Below, one piece after another: positions 19,371-29,814 of a stretch of DNA of 64,000 bases. Location: the sequence record PZ534534.1. The stretch is one strand, 5' to 3'. The position numbers and the translations under genes were made by a program. The stretch comes from a phage. Each line of letters starts with the position of its first letter. The first letter of the stretch is position 1. The notes beneath the pieces were generated by a model. It did no database searches. It was not told the origin of the DNA and worked only from the letters and a program-made list of their open reading frames with translations.

Positions 19371-21349
19371 TTGTAAACAGTAATGAAACTAAAGCGGTAC
19401 TAACCGGGAATATGGAGGTCACCAGGGGCTCAATTTCTCTGAACAAAGAGACTTTTGGGCTAATCATTAAAGGGATTTACGAAGATAAGGTGCTGGCAAG
19501 CTGCCGTGAACCAATCTTCAATGCCGTGGACTCCCATGTTGAGTCTGGACGGGGTGATGTACCGATCATTATTCACTCTCCTACAGACCTTGAACCATAC
19601 TTCTTTGTGCAGGACGTTGGATTGGGCATGTCAGAAGAGATGGTCCGCAACACTTTCATGAATCTCGGGGAGTCAACCAAGCGCAACAGCAACGCTCTGG
19701 TAGGTAATAAAGGTGTTGGTTCAAAGGCTCCGTTCAGTATGGTGGACACTTTCGATGTTATCAGTGTGCACAATGGTGTTGAAAGCACATATCTATTGTT
19801 CTTGGATCAGGGTATCCCAAACGTTACCAAGATCCGTGAGCGGAAGACTGAAGAGCACAACGGGGTAAAAGTTCAGTTCCATGTTAAGAAAGAGCATGTC
19901 CTGAAATATCGCACTGCTATTGCGTCATGCCTACGCTATGCAAAGTTTCCGTTTACCGTTACCGACCCTATGACCAGTAAGATGCTGGAAGGTGATAAGG
20001 TTGAGGCGCAGTATCACTACGAGAAGGATGGTTGGAAAATGACCATCCTGAAAGGTTATACCAGCTCTGATGAGAGCCGTGTGGTGATGGGACACCAACC
20101 TTACCGCTCTAAGTTTCTGGAAACATTGACAGACTACCCTGCAATCTGTGTAGAGATCCCTATCGGGGATTGCAATATTAACCCTGGGCGCGAATGGACC
20201 ATAGAGGGGCACGACGATGGTGGATTCCAAGAGCGTCTGGAGGCTTTTGTCAAAGAGGGTATCCGTCTTCGTGGGGCAGAAGTTGTTGCGGAATTGGAGA
20301 CAGCAAAAACATCCTCAGAAGCACGTGAGATGATGAAGAACAGTGGAGTGTTCGGGCACATCTTCGGTAAGAATTTTATGTGGGACAGATGGGAAGAAAC
20401 AGGGCTTGGCGACTTAGGCGATTGTGAAATTTTCGCTGGAGGCTTAAATAAAGGCCGCATAGGCTATGCTCGTTACGGAAAGTCGGAGTTCTTACGAGGT
20501 GTATACCTTGTATTTAACGACGGAGATGGCAAATATAACCGAAATAAGTGTAACTATTTAAGCGAAATCACCGGACGCAACGTTTTCTATTGCCGGAATA
20601 CGGATCTAGTGAAAGAGTTTAAAGAGGCGGCACACCATCCGTTCTTTGCAGATACTGTCAAATTGTTATCAGAGCTCCCTCGCCGACCTGCGAAGAAAGG
20701 TGAAACAAAAACTCATTACGAGCCAGGTTATTGGGTTAAAAAGCTTGAGAAGGATGGTTACTTCCGTCGTGAACGTATTACTAAGGCAGAGTTCAAGAAG
20801 ATTAAGCACTGCATTCCTTATGAAGGTGATATCCAACGTGGAAGTTGTTGGCTGGGACAGCTGAGTAACATCTACCAGCAAAATTATGACCGTGTGCGTG
20901 CGGCACTCCAGATTCCTGAAGGGGAAGACCTGTACCTGGTATCAGAATCCCGTCTGCTTTGGACTGATCCTGATTGCCAGTATGTTACAGAGAAAAATGT
21001 GGAACATTTGTTGAAAGAGGATGCTTGGAAATTCTTACTGACTCGCGCAGCAAATGAAACTTCATATGACAGCCTGTATAGACAATTAGGGAAAATTATT
21101 CCCATGCAAGATTTTGGAAATTATCGGCCACATTTCCACAAGTGGGAAGGTAACACCGCGTGGAAGCACAGTGAGCTAAATCATCGTGCCAAAATCTTAA
21201 TCGCCAACCGAGTTAAATGCGGGAAGGCCTATATTGCAAGATTGGAAAAGAAATACCCACTTTTGAAGCATGTAGGCTTGAAATATTGGGACACTCCTGC
21301 TATGATTGAATACCGTGAACTGATCGATACAAAGAATAACATCAAATAA
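19367..21349 (+). CDS. rIIA: rIIA-like protein with GHKL (Bergerat-fold) ATPase domain
   Basis: N-terminal VQDVGLGMSEEMVRNTFMNLGESTK...GNKGVGSKAPFSM fits GHKL G1/G2 boxes; size (660 aa) and position next to a second large gene fit phage rIIA/rIIB pairs. rIIA identity is inference. Confidence 0.45.
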   Translation: MIVNSNETKAVLTGNMEVTRGSISLNKETFGLIIKGIYEDKVLASCREPIFNAVDSHVESGRGDVPIIIHSPTDLEPYFFVQDVGLGMSEEMVRNTFMNLGESTKRNSNALVGNKGVGSKAPFSMVDTFDVISVHNGVESTYLLFLDQGIPNVTKIRERKTEEHNGVKVQFHVKKEHVLKYRTAIASCLRYAKFPFTVTDPMTSKMLEGDKVEAQYHYEKDGWKMTILKGYTSSDESRVVMGHQPYRSKFLETLTDYPAICVEIPIGDCNINPGREWTIEGHDDGGFQERLEAFVKEGIRLRGAEVVAELETAKTSSEAREMMKNSGVFGHIFGKNFMWDRWEETGLGDLGDCEIFAGGLNKGRIGYARYGKSEFLRGVYLVFNDGDGKYNRNKCNYLSEITGRNVFYCRNTDLVKEFKEAAHHPFFADTVKLLSELPRRPAKKGETKTHYEPGYWVKKLEKDGYFRRERITKAEFKKIKHCIPYEGDIQRGSCWLGQLSNIYQQNYDRVRAALQIPEGEDLYLVSESRLLWTDPDCQYVTEKNVEHLLKEDAWKFLLTRAANETSYDSLYRQLGKIIPMQDFGNYRPHFHKWEGNTAWKHSELNHRAKILIANRVKCGKAYIARLEKKYPLLKHVGLKYWDTPAMIEYRELIDTKNNIK

Positions 21350-21359
21350 GGAGACCAAG

Positions 21360-22565
21360 ATGATTTTCATCTACGAACATTTCAAAACCCGTAAAGAAGC
21401 ACGAGACCGCCGTGCAGAACTTGAGAAGAAGGGTTTCACATGTGCCATTGAGAAAGGCGACACAACCTGGACACTGGCAGTTGGTGCCCCAGAGTTGTTC
21501 GATCCTGACCGTGACAGCGTCTGCTACACCCGTGAGGATTTTGAAACCCGCGAAGAGGCCCGTTTATTTCGATACGGTCTGGAAGATAACGGTAAGTACG
21601 CCATGATCTTAGATTTAGGCGAAGGGTCCGTTAAACGTTGGGGCGTGGTATACCCACTGTGTGTTGTTCATGGTGTGGGGTTCACTGGGGTAGCAATCAA
21701 GTCAGAAGAACCTTTAGTAGAAGTCAAAGATCCGGTGCTGGAGGTGGTGAGCAGCGTATCTCAGCAACAGACTCGAAGTATTGAGCCTTTGGTAGTTATT
21801 TGTGGGGAACTCCTCCAGATCACCTGCAACGAAGGCATTTTTGAAATTCGCCGCAGCGAAAGTGAGGAAGTTTACCAGAAAGTCTTCGACCATATCTCTG
21901 TTCAGGAATATGATGAGGCAATTGGTGAAATCCTTGTCTGGCTGGAACGCAAGAATGAGTTCACCACACTTGCAGACAACCTGGTCATGAAAGATGGTAA
22001 GCTCTACTACTACGGTGTAGAGATGCGATCCACCATTGCAAAGAAAATTGAGAAAGATTATGCAGACGGAACACTGGATGACCGCTATGTGAAATTCCTC
22101 GTTCGCCTGCTGCGCAATCCTTCTGCAAAATCTGTAAACATGCTCTACGATTTTATGCAGGCCAACGATATCCAGATTGCAGAAGATGGTCGAATCATTT
22201 GCTACAAAGGGGTTCAGTTTAACGGCAGCAAGTGGGTGGATTGGCACAGTGGTAAAGTTCCACAATACCAGGGGGCTTTTGTATCCATGCCTCGTAACTT
22301 TGTAGAGGATGATCCGGAAGCTGCGTGCTCTTATGGCTTACACTGCGCCAGCAAAGAGTATGCAAAGAGCTACGGCACTGTAATGACTGTTATGGTTGAC
22401 CCTGCAGATGTGGTTAGTGTGCCATACCAACACAATAGCGCTAAGTGCCGTGCATGCCGCTATGAGATTGTGGTAGCTCCGGAAGCACGCAAAGATGGAG
22501 ACCCTATTGAATATGTAGTTGATCGTGACGGTAACACTATCGACATTCTTTACGAGGAGGCGTAA
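21360..22565 (+). CDS. hypothetical protein (401 aa), possibly rIIB-like by position
   Basis: Large ORF directly downstream of rIIA-like gene; no diagnostic motif recognised. Confidence 0.5.
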   Translation: MIFIYEHFKTRKEARDRRAELEKKGFTCAIEKGDTTWTLAVGAPELFDPDRDSVCYTREDFETREEARLFRYGLEDNGKYAMILDLGEGSVKRWGVVYPLCVVHGVGFTGVAIKSEEPLVEVKDPVLEVVSSVSQQQTRSIEPLVVICGELLQITCNEGIFEIRRSESEEVYQKVFDHISVQEYDEAIGEILVWLERKNEFTTLADNLVMKDGKLYYYGVEMRSTIAKKIEKDYADGTLDDRYVKFLVRLLRNPSAKSVNMLYDFMQANDIQIAEDGRIICYKGVQFNGSKWVDWHSGKVPQYQGAFVSMPRNFVEDDPEAACSYGLHCASKEYAKSYGTVMTVMVDPADVVSVPYQHNSAKCRACRYEIVVAPEARKDGDPIEYVVDRDGNTIDILYEEA

Positions 22566-23935
22566 TGGAAAAAGGGCAGTATGATGTAGGCACAGATGCT
22601 GCCCTCGTTGCAATCATGAGTGGTGAGAATGTCTTCGTTTCAGGACCTGCAGGTTGTGGGAAGACGTATCTCATCAACATGATCCAGTCAATGTATGGAG
22701 ACTCTTGCATAACGGTTGCCCCGACAGGGGTAGCCGCTTTAAACGTTAATGGAGCAACAGCACACCGAACCTTCGATCTTGCAGCAGGTGTGAGCATGGA
22801 GTCAGACTGGACCGCAATAAGGGCAAAAACAGCAAAGCCTTTGAAAAGCAAGGCATTTACCATCCTGATTATCGATGAAATCTCTATGATCCGTGCTGAT
22901 AAGTTTATAGAGATGGATAGGAAACTCCGCTTCCTTCGAAAAAATGACAAACCTTTCGGAGGCATACAGGTCATATTGTTTGGCGATTTTTACCAGGCAC
23001 CTCCTGTTGTCTCTTCTATGGAGAAGGAAGCCTACTTCAACTTCTACCATACGGACCTGTGTTGCTATACCGAATCTTGGAAAGAGCTTGACCTCCACAA
23101 CATAGCCTTAGTAGATCAGTTCCGACAGGAGTCTATTCGATTTGCCACAATGCTCAACTGTGTTCGTGAGGGTCGTCGCATAAAAGAGGTTGTAGCAGAA
23201 CTTAATGCTCGCTGTTACAAAGGCGGTGTACCAACAGACGCTCTCACAATTTGCGCCACCAACAAACAAGCAGAGGAAGTGAACAGAAGGTTCTATGATG
23301 CCATCAACGCCCCAGAGAAGGTATACACTGGTGAAATGAAGGGTAAGTTTCCCTCCACCCTGCCAGTTGAGCAGGAGATGAAGTTGAAAATTGGCATGAA
23401 AGTTATGATAACCGCCAACGATGTTGACCCGACGCACAAGGTACCTTATTATGTTAACGGAACACGTGCCACAATTGTTAAATTTAAGAACAAGGCGGTG
23501 GTGGTAGAGCTTGAAGATGGAACACAGGTTGACATAGAGCAGAGGTTGTGGGAGAATAACGAGTATAAGCCCTCTCAGAGATACAACATTGCAGAAAGGA
23601 AGATGGAGAAGTTTATAGAGAGGGTAGTGATTGGGTCATACAAGCAACTTCCTCTGAAATCTGGGTACGCCGTAACATCTCATAAAAGTCAAGGACTTAC
23701 GCTAGATTGTTACAACCTGGACCTTGGAAAGAACGGAGCTTTCTCTCCTGGGATGACGTATGTTGCTTTGAGTCGGGTTAAGACAATACAAGGAATAAAC
23801 TTGTTGCGTCCACTAAGAGAAGTTGACATTATTGTTGACCCGCGAGTCGTAGAGTTTTACAATACAACATTCCCTGACTTAGACAAAATTGTCAGGAAAG
23901 ATTTTGAAACCAGAGCAGAAGAGGGGGACGTATGA
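22565..23935 (+). CDS. dda: Dda/RecD/PIF1-like SF1B DNA helicase
   Basis: Walker A VSGPAGCGKTYL, motif II ILIIDEISMI, and C-terminal VTSHKSQGLTLD...YVALSRV motifs characteristic of RecD/Dda family. Confidence 0.7.
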   Translation: MEKGQYDVGTDAALVAIMSGENVFVSGPAGCGKTYLINMIQSMYGDSCITVAPTGVAALNVNGATAHRTFDLAAGVSMESDWTAIRAKTAKPLKSKAFTILIIDEISMIRADKFIEMDRKLRFLRKNDKPFGGIQVILFGDFYQAPPVVSSMEKEAYFNFYHTDLCCYTESWKELDLHNIALVDQFRQESIRFATMLNCVREGRRIKEVVAELNARCYKGGVPTDALTICATNKQAEEVNRRFYDAINAPEKVYTGEMKGKFPSTLPVEQEMKLKIGMKVMITANDVDPTHKVPYYVNGTRATIVKFKNKAVVVELEDGTQVDIEQRLWENNEYKPSQRYNIAERKMEKFIERVVIGSYKQLPLKSGYAVTSHKSQGLTLDCYNLDLGKNGAFSPGMTYVALSRVKTIQGINLLRPLREVDIIVDPRVVEFYNTTFPDLDKIVRKDFETRAEEGDV

Positions 23936-24273
23936 GTTTGTGGAGAAATATCGTTAACTACGTGTGTGGCAATCCGACTCCTGAAGAGAAGAATGTTGTG
24001 ATTCACGATTTTACTAAAAGATCTCGTGAAAAAGATCTACTGCTAACAAAGGTGACTGATAAAGATCCTGCAGTAGGAGACTGGGCAGGTTTTGCGTTTA
24101 CATCGGACAAATACACCTTTAACAAAGGTGACTACCTTGTTGTAGATTTTAACGAAGACATTGAGGGTGCTGGACCTTACTATCAAACCCTTATTGTTGC
24201 AGGGTGTGTTAATCTCTCTGCAGGCATGCACAGTTTGATTCTTTTTGAGCTTGACTCTGAAGACCTTGAGTAG
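23932..24273 (+). CDS. hypothetical protein (113 aa)
   Basis: ORF overlapping upstream stop. Confidence 0.5.
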   Translation: MSLWRNIVNYVCGNPTPEEKNVVIHDFTKRSREKDLLLTKVTDKDPAVGDWAGFAFTSDKYTFNKGDYLVVDFNEDIEGAGPYYQTLIVAGCVNLSAGMHSLILFELDSEDLE

Positions 24274-24334
24274 TAAGGTGTGAGTATAAAGGGGAGGCAC
24301 TCCTCCCCACAAAAACTAAGGAGAGCACCAAACG

Positions 24335-25660
24335 ATGAGTAAAACCAAATTAGAACTTACCTGGATAGGTAAAAACGAGCGCAAAAAGTTAGAGCCGCAC
24401 ATTTTGTTAGAAGATTCTAGCAAATCTTACCACAGCCAGAAGGTGACCGAAAACGATATTTTTGATAATAAACTGATTTTTGGAGATAACTTATTAGCAT
24501 TGAAGGCGCTAGAGCAAGAGTATGCATGCAAAGTGAAGTGTGTTTACATAGACCCACCATTCAATACCGGGAGGGCTTTTGAGCACTACGATGATAGCCT
24601 GGAGCATTCCATTTGGCTGGGCTTAATGAGGGATAGGTTAGAAATAATTCGTAATCTTCTGAGTGATGATGGGGTAATATTCGTTCACTTAGATGGTTGC
24701 GAAATGGCGTATTTAAAAGTTTTGATGGACGAGATTTTTGGTCGTGCAAATCAGTTAAATACCATCTCGATGACCACAAATTCCCCTTCAGGATTTAAGG
24801 CAACAGGAGCCACAGTTTTCTCCACAGCAAACTTTTTGCTTGTATATGCAAAAGATCGCAACCAGAAACCGCTTAACAAAATCTATATACCTAAAGGGTA
24901 TGATACAGGATATAACAAATACCTATTAAACCCGGATGACCATTATAAAAATTGGACGTGGTGTGGTATTGCCGATGCGTTTGCAAAGGCCAATGGCTAT
25001 AAAGATGCAAAAGAAGCCAAGAAAAAACTGCCTGACACATTCGATGATGAATTAGCACAATTCGCAATTGATAATGCAGAACGTGTATTTCAATCTGTTG
25101 CAATTGGTGGTGGTGCTAAAATAAAGAGAAAAGAAACTATCGAGAAGTCAAAGAAAGACAGGGATAAGGTTTATGTACATCCAAATGAGGATGTTGAAGG
25201 ATTTTATATCGCAAATGGTAGGCAAATGGTCTTTTACTCCAACAGGCTTTTGGAAATTGACGGTGAGATGCAGCCTGCGGAACTAATAACTGATGTTTGG
25301 ACAGATATTAGTTGGAATGGAATAGCAAATGAAGGTGGCGTTAGTTTCAAAAATGGTAAAAAACCAGAAGCGCTTTTGAAGCGGATTTTCGAGATGTGTA
25401 CGCGAGAAGGCGATTTGGTATTGGATTCATTCGGTGGTTCGGGAACTACTGCTGCTGTAGCTCACAAAATGAAAAGACGTTGGATCTTGATCGAACTGGG
25501 TGATCATTGTCATACCCATATTATTCCGCGCTTGGAAAAAGTGATCGATGGCGAAGATCAAGGTGGTATTTCTAAGTCTGTAAACTGGCAAGGTGGTGGT
25601 GGCTTCCGTTATTACAAACTTACCCCGGCCTTAATTGCGAAAGATATGTCTGATCAATAA
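24335..25660 (+). CDS. DNA methyltransferase, N6-adenine/N4-cytosine class (beta-type motif order)
   Basis: Catalytic motif IV VYIDPPFNTG precedes AdoMet motif I VLDSFGGSGTT (beta-class order). Target base and site unknown. Confidence 0.7.
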   Translation: MSKTKLELTWIGKNERKKLEPHILLEDSSKSYHSQKVTENDIFDNKLIFGDNLLALKALEQEYACKVKCVYIDPPFNTGRAFEHYDDSLEHSIWLGLMRDRLEIIRNLLSDDGVIFVHLDGCEMAYLKVLMDEIFGRANQLNTISMTTNSPSGFKATGATVFSTANFLLVYAKDRNQKPLNKIYIPKGYDTGYNKYLLNPDDHYKNWTWCGIADAFAKANGYKDAKEAKKKLPDTFDDELAQFAIDNAERVFQSVAIGGGAKIKRKETIEKSKKDRDKVYVHPNEDVEGFYIANGRQMVFYSNRLLEIDGEMQPAELITDVWTDISWNGIANEGGVSFKNGKKPEALLKRIFEMCTREGDLVLDSFGGSGTTAAVAHKMKRRWILIELGDHCHTHIIPRLEKVIDGEDQGGISKSVNWQGGGGFRYYKLTPALIAKDMSDQ

Positions 25661-25673
25661 AGAGTACAATCAA

Positions 25674-25979
25674 ATGATGAAACGTTATAAACCATACACT
25701 TTTGAAATCGATTTCGAACTTGACGATATGTTTACTGTAGAAGCTCAGGCAGTTGTCCAGTTGCCAGACCCGGAGTGCCGTGATTCTGATGTTGACTATT
25801 ACGGATTTAGACAAATTACCGATGTGCATGTTTACCACAACGGTGAAGAGGTGGACTTCCACCAACTGCCAAACGATTTGCGACACTCAATTTACAAACG
25901 TGCAGCCCGTGAACTAGAGTCCTATCTGGATGCAGCGACGACAGCAGCTGCATTTGCTGAAGAAGTGGGAGGTTTCTGA
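25674..25979 (+). CDS. hypothetical protein (101 aa)
   Basis: ATG chosen downstream of MTase stop; track start 25635 is TTG in same frame. Confidence 0.45.
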   Translation: MMKRYKPYTFEIDFELDDMFTVEAQAVVQLPDPECRDSDVDYYGFRQITDVHVYHNGEEVDFHQLPNDLRHSIYKRAARELESYLDAATTAAAFAEEVGGF

Positions 25980-26377
25980 TGATTACAGGTGTGAAGATTA
26001 TCCAATACCACTTAACTAAATTGGAAGATGCTGAAAAAGAGCTTGCAGAAGTTCTGAATAGTGGATATACTTTGCTATCATGCGCCTGCTCAGATACCTA
26101 CGCTGTGTGGACACTTATCCGGAAGGAAGAGCCTGCGGGGATCTTGGTGCCAAACCCTAAGATCATTAGTGAGGTGGATGACTATGCTCAGGACGGCCTG
26201 CCAGAAGGCTGGGAAGTATGGGAAGGTGGTGAAAACCCTGCACCAGGTAAGTGGGTAAAATACAAACTACGTAGCGGTGCACAGTACGCTGACTACTCTG
26301 ATGACCTGGATTGGAGTCATTCTTCACCAGGATCATCTGCAAGTTCATATGATATCATAGCTTTTCAGGAAGAATAA
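25979..26377 (+). CDS. hypothetical protein (132 aa)
   Basis: ORF in array. Confidence 0.5.
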   Translation: MITGVKIIQYHLTKLEDAEKELAEVLNSGYTLLSCACSDTYAVWTLIRKEEPAGILVPNPKIISEVDDYAQDGLPEGWEVWEGGENPAPGKWVKYKLRSGAQYADYSDDLDWSHSSPGSSASSYDIIAFQEE

Positions 26378-26389
26378 GGAGATAGTGTT

Positions 26390-26872
26390 ATGTCAGATTT
26401 TATGTGGAAAGTAGGTTACGCAGCTCCTGAAATGTGTGAGGCTTGCTTTGTGAAAATAGGCCGCGAGGATATCGACAAAGTGATCCTTAAGTTTCGTGAT
26501 GTGGCTGTGATCGGCAACCGAGTGCTTAAGCACTTAAAGAATCTGAAGCTCACTAAAAAGAAGTTCTTCGGACTTTTCGAAGAGAAAGTTGATGCTTGGA
26601 CCCATTGCATCCAGGAAGCTAAATCTCACTACAGTGCTATCGTTACTCCAGAACGGGTAGCCAAGATGGAAGGATTCATCAACAGCACAGAATTTGAGTG
26701 TCTGAAAGCTGCACTCGATAGTTATCCGAAATGCCTCAAGCACTTGGACAAGTATGTAGAAAAGGATGGGGAAATGTATCTCACCCTGGACGCATACTAT
26801 GAGATGCAAGAAATTTTAAATTTAGATTTGACATTGGTATCCACCGAGTATACAATAGGTATCCGGGTTTAA
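26390..26872 (+). CDS. hypothetical protein (160 aa)
   Basis: ORF with GGAG RBS. Confidence 0.55.
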   Translation: MSDFMWKVGYAAPEMCEACFVKIGREDIDKVILKFRDVAVIGNRVLKHLKNLKLTKKKFFGLFEEKVDAWTHCIQEAKSHYSAIVTPERVAKMEGFINSTEFECLKAALDSYPKCLKHLDKYVEKDGEMYLTLDAYYEMQEILNLDLTLVSTEYTIGIRV

Positions 26873-26877
26873 CACTA

Positions 26878-26906
26878 GGCCCTGCCCGAAAGGGTGGGGC
26901 TTTTTG
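26878..26906 (+). terminator. rho-independent terminator (GNRA loop)
   Basis: GCCCTGCCC-GAAA-GGGTGGGGC hairpin followed by TTTTTG; near-identical copy at 39174. Confidence 0.6.
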
Positions 26907-26923
26907 CATTAGGAGACAGCAAA

Positions 26924-27688
26924 TTGAAATTCATCTACAAAGAACACTACCACAAAGGTGTTGTGTGGAGTCTATTTGACGGGTCTGGTGGTGCAGTTAT
27001 TGACTGGGCAAAAGCTGGGTACCTGTGCCTGTGCTTTAATGCAGAAGGTGCTGACCACGGCAGTTATGCAGAGGTGATAACCGATCATCCTAACATTCAC
27101 TATGTGGATTATTGGATTGACCCATGGTTCCCTCAAGAAACTTTTTGCATGTATCCAGCTCCAGACTTTATTCTTGCATTTCCTCCGTGCACGCATTTAG
27201 CGGTATCAGGAGCTGCACACTTTAAGAAAAAGCTGGCTAAGGACCCACTGATCCAAATTAATGCTGTAAAGGATGCTCGGGTTGCGGAAGAGTTGGGAGA
27301 GATTTACGATTGCCCGTGGCATGTAGAGAATCCTGTAGGTGTTATGTCCACACTGTGGCGCAAACCTGATTACCGTTTTCACCCTTCGGATTATGGCGGG
27401 TATTTACCGGAAGATGATGTAAATCCATGGTTTCCTGAATTTATAGCTCCACGTGATGCCTATCCAAAAATAACTTGCGGCTGGATAGGTAATGGATTTA
27501 TAATCCCAGCCACAAAACCTGTCCCGCAAATAGTTGACGTGGTTAGCGGGTATTCCATGCAACACGCCAAGCTGGGTGGAAAGAGTGCAAGAACGAAGAT
27601 GATTCGAAGCCTCACACCACGTGGCTGGGCAAAAGCCGTATTCTTAGCAAACGAGCCTGTAGTAAGGAGCAGAATTAATGGGAAGTAA
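26924..27688 (+). CDS. DNA cytosine-5 methyltransferase
   Basis: Motif I SLFDGSGG (FxGxGG), motif IV FPPCTHLAVSG (PC dipeptide), motif VI HVENPVG (ENV) read in order. Start set to TTG 26924 after AGGAGA RBS because track start 26894 (GTG) lies in terminator hairpin. Confidence 0.6.
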   Translation: MKFIYKEHYHKGVVWSLFDGSGGAVIDWAKAGYLCLCFNAEGADHGSYAEVITDHPNIHYVDYWIDPWFPQETFCMYPAPDFILAFPPCTHLAVSGAAHFKKKLAKDPLIQINAVKDARVAEELGEIYDCPWHVENPVGVMSTLWRKPDYRFHPSDYGGYLPEDDVNPWFPEFIAPRDAYPKITCGWIGNGFIIPATKPVPQIVDVVSGYSMQHAKLGGKSARTKMIRSLTPRGWAKAVFLANEPVVRSRINGK

Positions 27689-29756
27689 ATTTATGGCATC
27701 TGCATACAACCGTTTCGGTGAGCCAAACCCGGTTGCAACAAGATACAAAAGTGGGGGTAGTATGAAACGAGACTATCGTGATGAAAAAGAGGTTGAAACT
27801 GTAGAGACTGTTTTAGAAAATACTAAAATTGTCCCTGTCCCACAACAAAATATCGGTCTGATGGCTGCACAATATTTTGGTGTGCGATCAGCATTGTCCC
27901 AAGAAGATGGTGTGACAGTCACTGCAACATATTTCCCATATTACGACCGCTACGGAAATCTGTCCGGTTTCAAAAAGCGTGACTGGACTAAGCCGAAAGA
28001 GCAGAAAGGGCACTGGTCTGTAGTAGGCATAGTGAAGGCTAACTCCCAGATGTTTGGTCAAAAGCTGTGTGCATCTTCCAACAACCGTAAGCAGATTAAC
28101 GTTTGTGAGGGAGAAGGTGATGTTATTGCAGCATGGCAGGCTGCATATCAGATACAAGTAAAAGGGATTCTCACCAACGCTAAAGCCCCGGCAAAAGTGA
28201 AGCAGTGGGCTAAAGAGGTCCAGGACGGGATCGACGCAGTTATCAACGGTGGTGATCTGGCAGGAAAACCCTGCCTACCTTTTGTTGGAATTAACTGTGG
28301 ATGTGCAAACGCAGTAGATACTTTTGCAAACAATGAGAAATTTATCCGTAGCTACGGAACAGTGGTCCTTGCAATGGACAACGATGCAGCTAACGAGATA
28401 GAGAAGCAAAAACACGTTATCAAAGGTGTTGAAGCCACACATAATATCGCAGCATTTTTGATGGCTGATAACGTTTACCACGTGGAATATCCTGGCGAGG
28501 TAAACGACCCTGATGGTGTAAAAGATATCCGTGACATGCTGAAGGCTAAAAAGCTGGAAGATATTGTAAACATGTTCCGGCATCCTGTTAAGTATGTGCC
28601 GGATGCTGTGTCGGATTTAGAAGACTTCTCTATCGAATCTTTGCGGAAAAAGACTTCCAACGGGGTAGATATCAGCGCAGAGTTCCCAAAACTGCAAAAA
28701 ATGCTGAAAGGCTTGCACAAAGGGACACTTGTAATGCTTACAGGTCCATCAGGAGGCGGTAAAACAACTGTAGCTAAAAAACTGGAACACTGTATTGCAA
28801 GATACCTAATGGACCCGACATGTCCAAAGGCTGATGATTACGAAGAGGATGATCGTCTATGCATGATTCATCTTGAGGAGGACCCAGAGGAAGCAATTAA
28901 CTCCTTGTATGCAAACCAGTTAGGGTTTGATGTTAAAGAGTTTGTTGAAGATCCTAGCCAGTTTTTAACTGATCAAGAACACGCAGAGATTCACCAATCA
29001 TGGGCAAAAGCTGGAAAAATCAAAGTGTTCAAACATTTCGGATCTATTCCGGTGGACGAGTTGATTACCAAGCTTAAGCAAATGGTTTGCCTGTACCATT
29101 GCCGTTATATTGTGCTGGATCACCTGTCCATGGTAATTTCAGGGCTTAATGTTAAGGATGAGCGAAAAGAGCTGGACATGGCTATGACCCAACTGGCTGC
29201 GTTTTGTAAGCAGTTTAACGTGTTTATCCTAGTGATCGCTCACCTCAAACGTACAGAGATTGTGCCTCCTAAGGACAAGGATGGTAACCCGTTACCTTTC
29301 TGGTATCCTGTGCGAAAAGAGAATTTGCGAGGATCGGCTGGGCTTGAACAGTTGAGTTGGGTAGTCATAGGTGTTGAGGCTGAAGAAATGGTAGATCGTT
29401 CTCGTGGTCGTGTCCGTTTAGTAGGTCTTAAAAACCGTCCAGCAAAAACATTGGGTATTGCGGATACTTTGGTTATGGACCCACATACAGGTAAGTTCCA
29501 TGATGCCAGTAATTGGTACTGGGACAAAGAAATGCAGATGTTTACAGACGGAGAAGGTGGGGAGGTTGTTTGGAGACCTCAGGCCATGTTTGAGGACCAA
29601 GAGCATGCAGTTGTAGAAACACCTATGGGCAAGGTTGTAGCTGATAAGGTTGTAACTCCTACTATTAAGCCTGTTGACACGCAGGAAGACCTCCAGTACG
29701 ATGATCCATCTTCTGATCCGGTCCCCGGTTTTGAAGATGATGAAACACCTTTTTAA
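27678..29756 (+). CDS. primase-helicase (TOPRIM primase plus DnaB-like helicase, T7 gp4-like)
   Basis: TOPRIM motifs NVCEGEGDVIAAW and VVLAMDNDAANE in middle; helicase Walker A MLTGPSGGGKTT and Walker B YIVLDHLSM in C-terminal half. No N-terminal zinc ribbon seen. Confidence 0.65.
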   Translation: MGSKFMASAYNRFGEPNPVATRYKSGGSMKRDYRDEKEVETVETVLENTKIVPVPQQNIGLMAAQYFGVRSALSQEDGVTVTATYFPYYDRYGNLSGFKKRDWTKPKEQKGHWSVVGIVKANSQMFGQKLCASSNNRKQINVCEGEGDVIAAWQAAYQIQVKGILTNAKAPAKVKQWAKEVQDGIDAVINGGDLAGKPCLPFVGINCGCANAVDTFANNEKFIRSYGTVVLAMDNDAANEIEKQKHVIKGVEATHNIAAFLMADNVYHVEYPGEVNDPDGVKDIRDMLKAKKLEDIVNMFRHPVKYVPDAVSDLEDFSIESLRKKTSNGVDISAEFPKLQKMLKGLHKGTLVMLTGPSGGGKTTVAKKLEHCIARYLMDPTCPKADDYEEDDRLCMIHLEEDPEEAINSLYANQLGFDVKEFVEDPSQFLTDQEHAEIHQSWAKAGKIKVFKHFGSIPVDELITKLKQMVCLYHCRYIVLDHLSMVISGLNVKDERKELDMAMTQLAAFCKQFNVFILVIAHLKRTEIVPPKDKDGNPLPFWYPVRKENLRGSAGLEQLSWVVIGVEAEEMVDRSRGRVRLVGLKNRPAKTLGIADTLVMDPHTGKFHDASNWYWDKEMQMFTDGEGGEVVWRPQAMFEDQEHAVVETPMGKVVADKVVTPTIKPVDTQEDLQYDDPSSDPVPGFEDDETPF

Positions 29757-29814
29757 TGTTTAACAAAGAGTGGGAGGGGTAGTACAACCGCCTCCCCTTT
29801 AAGGAGAACACTTT

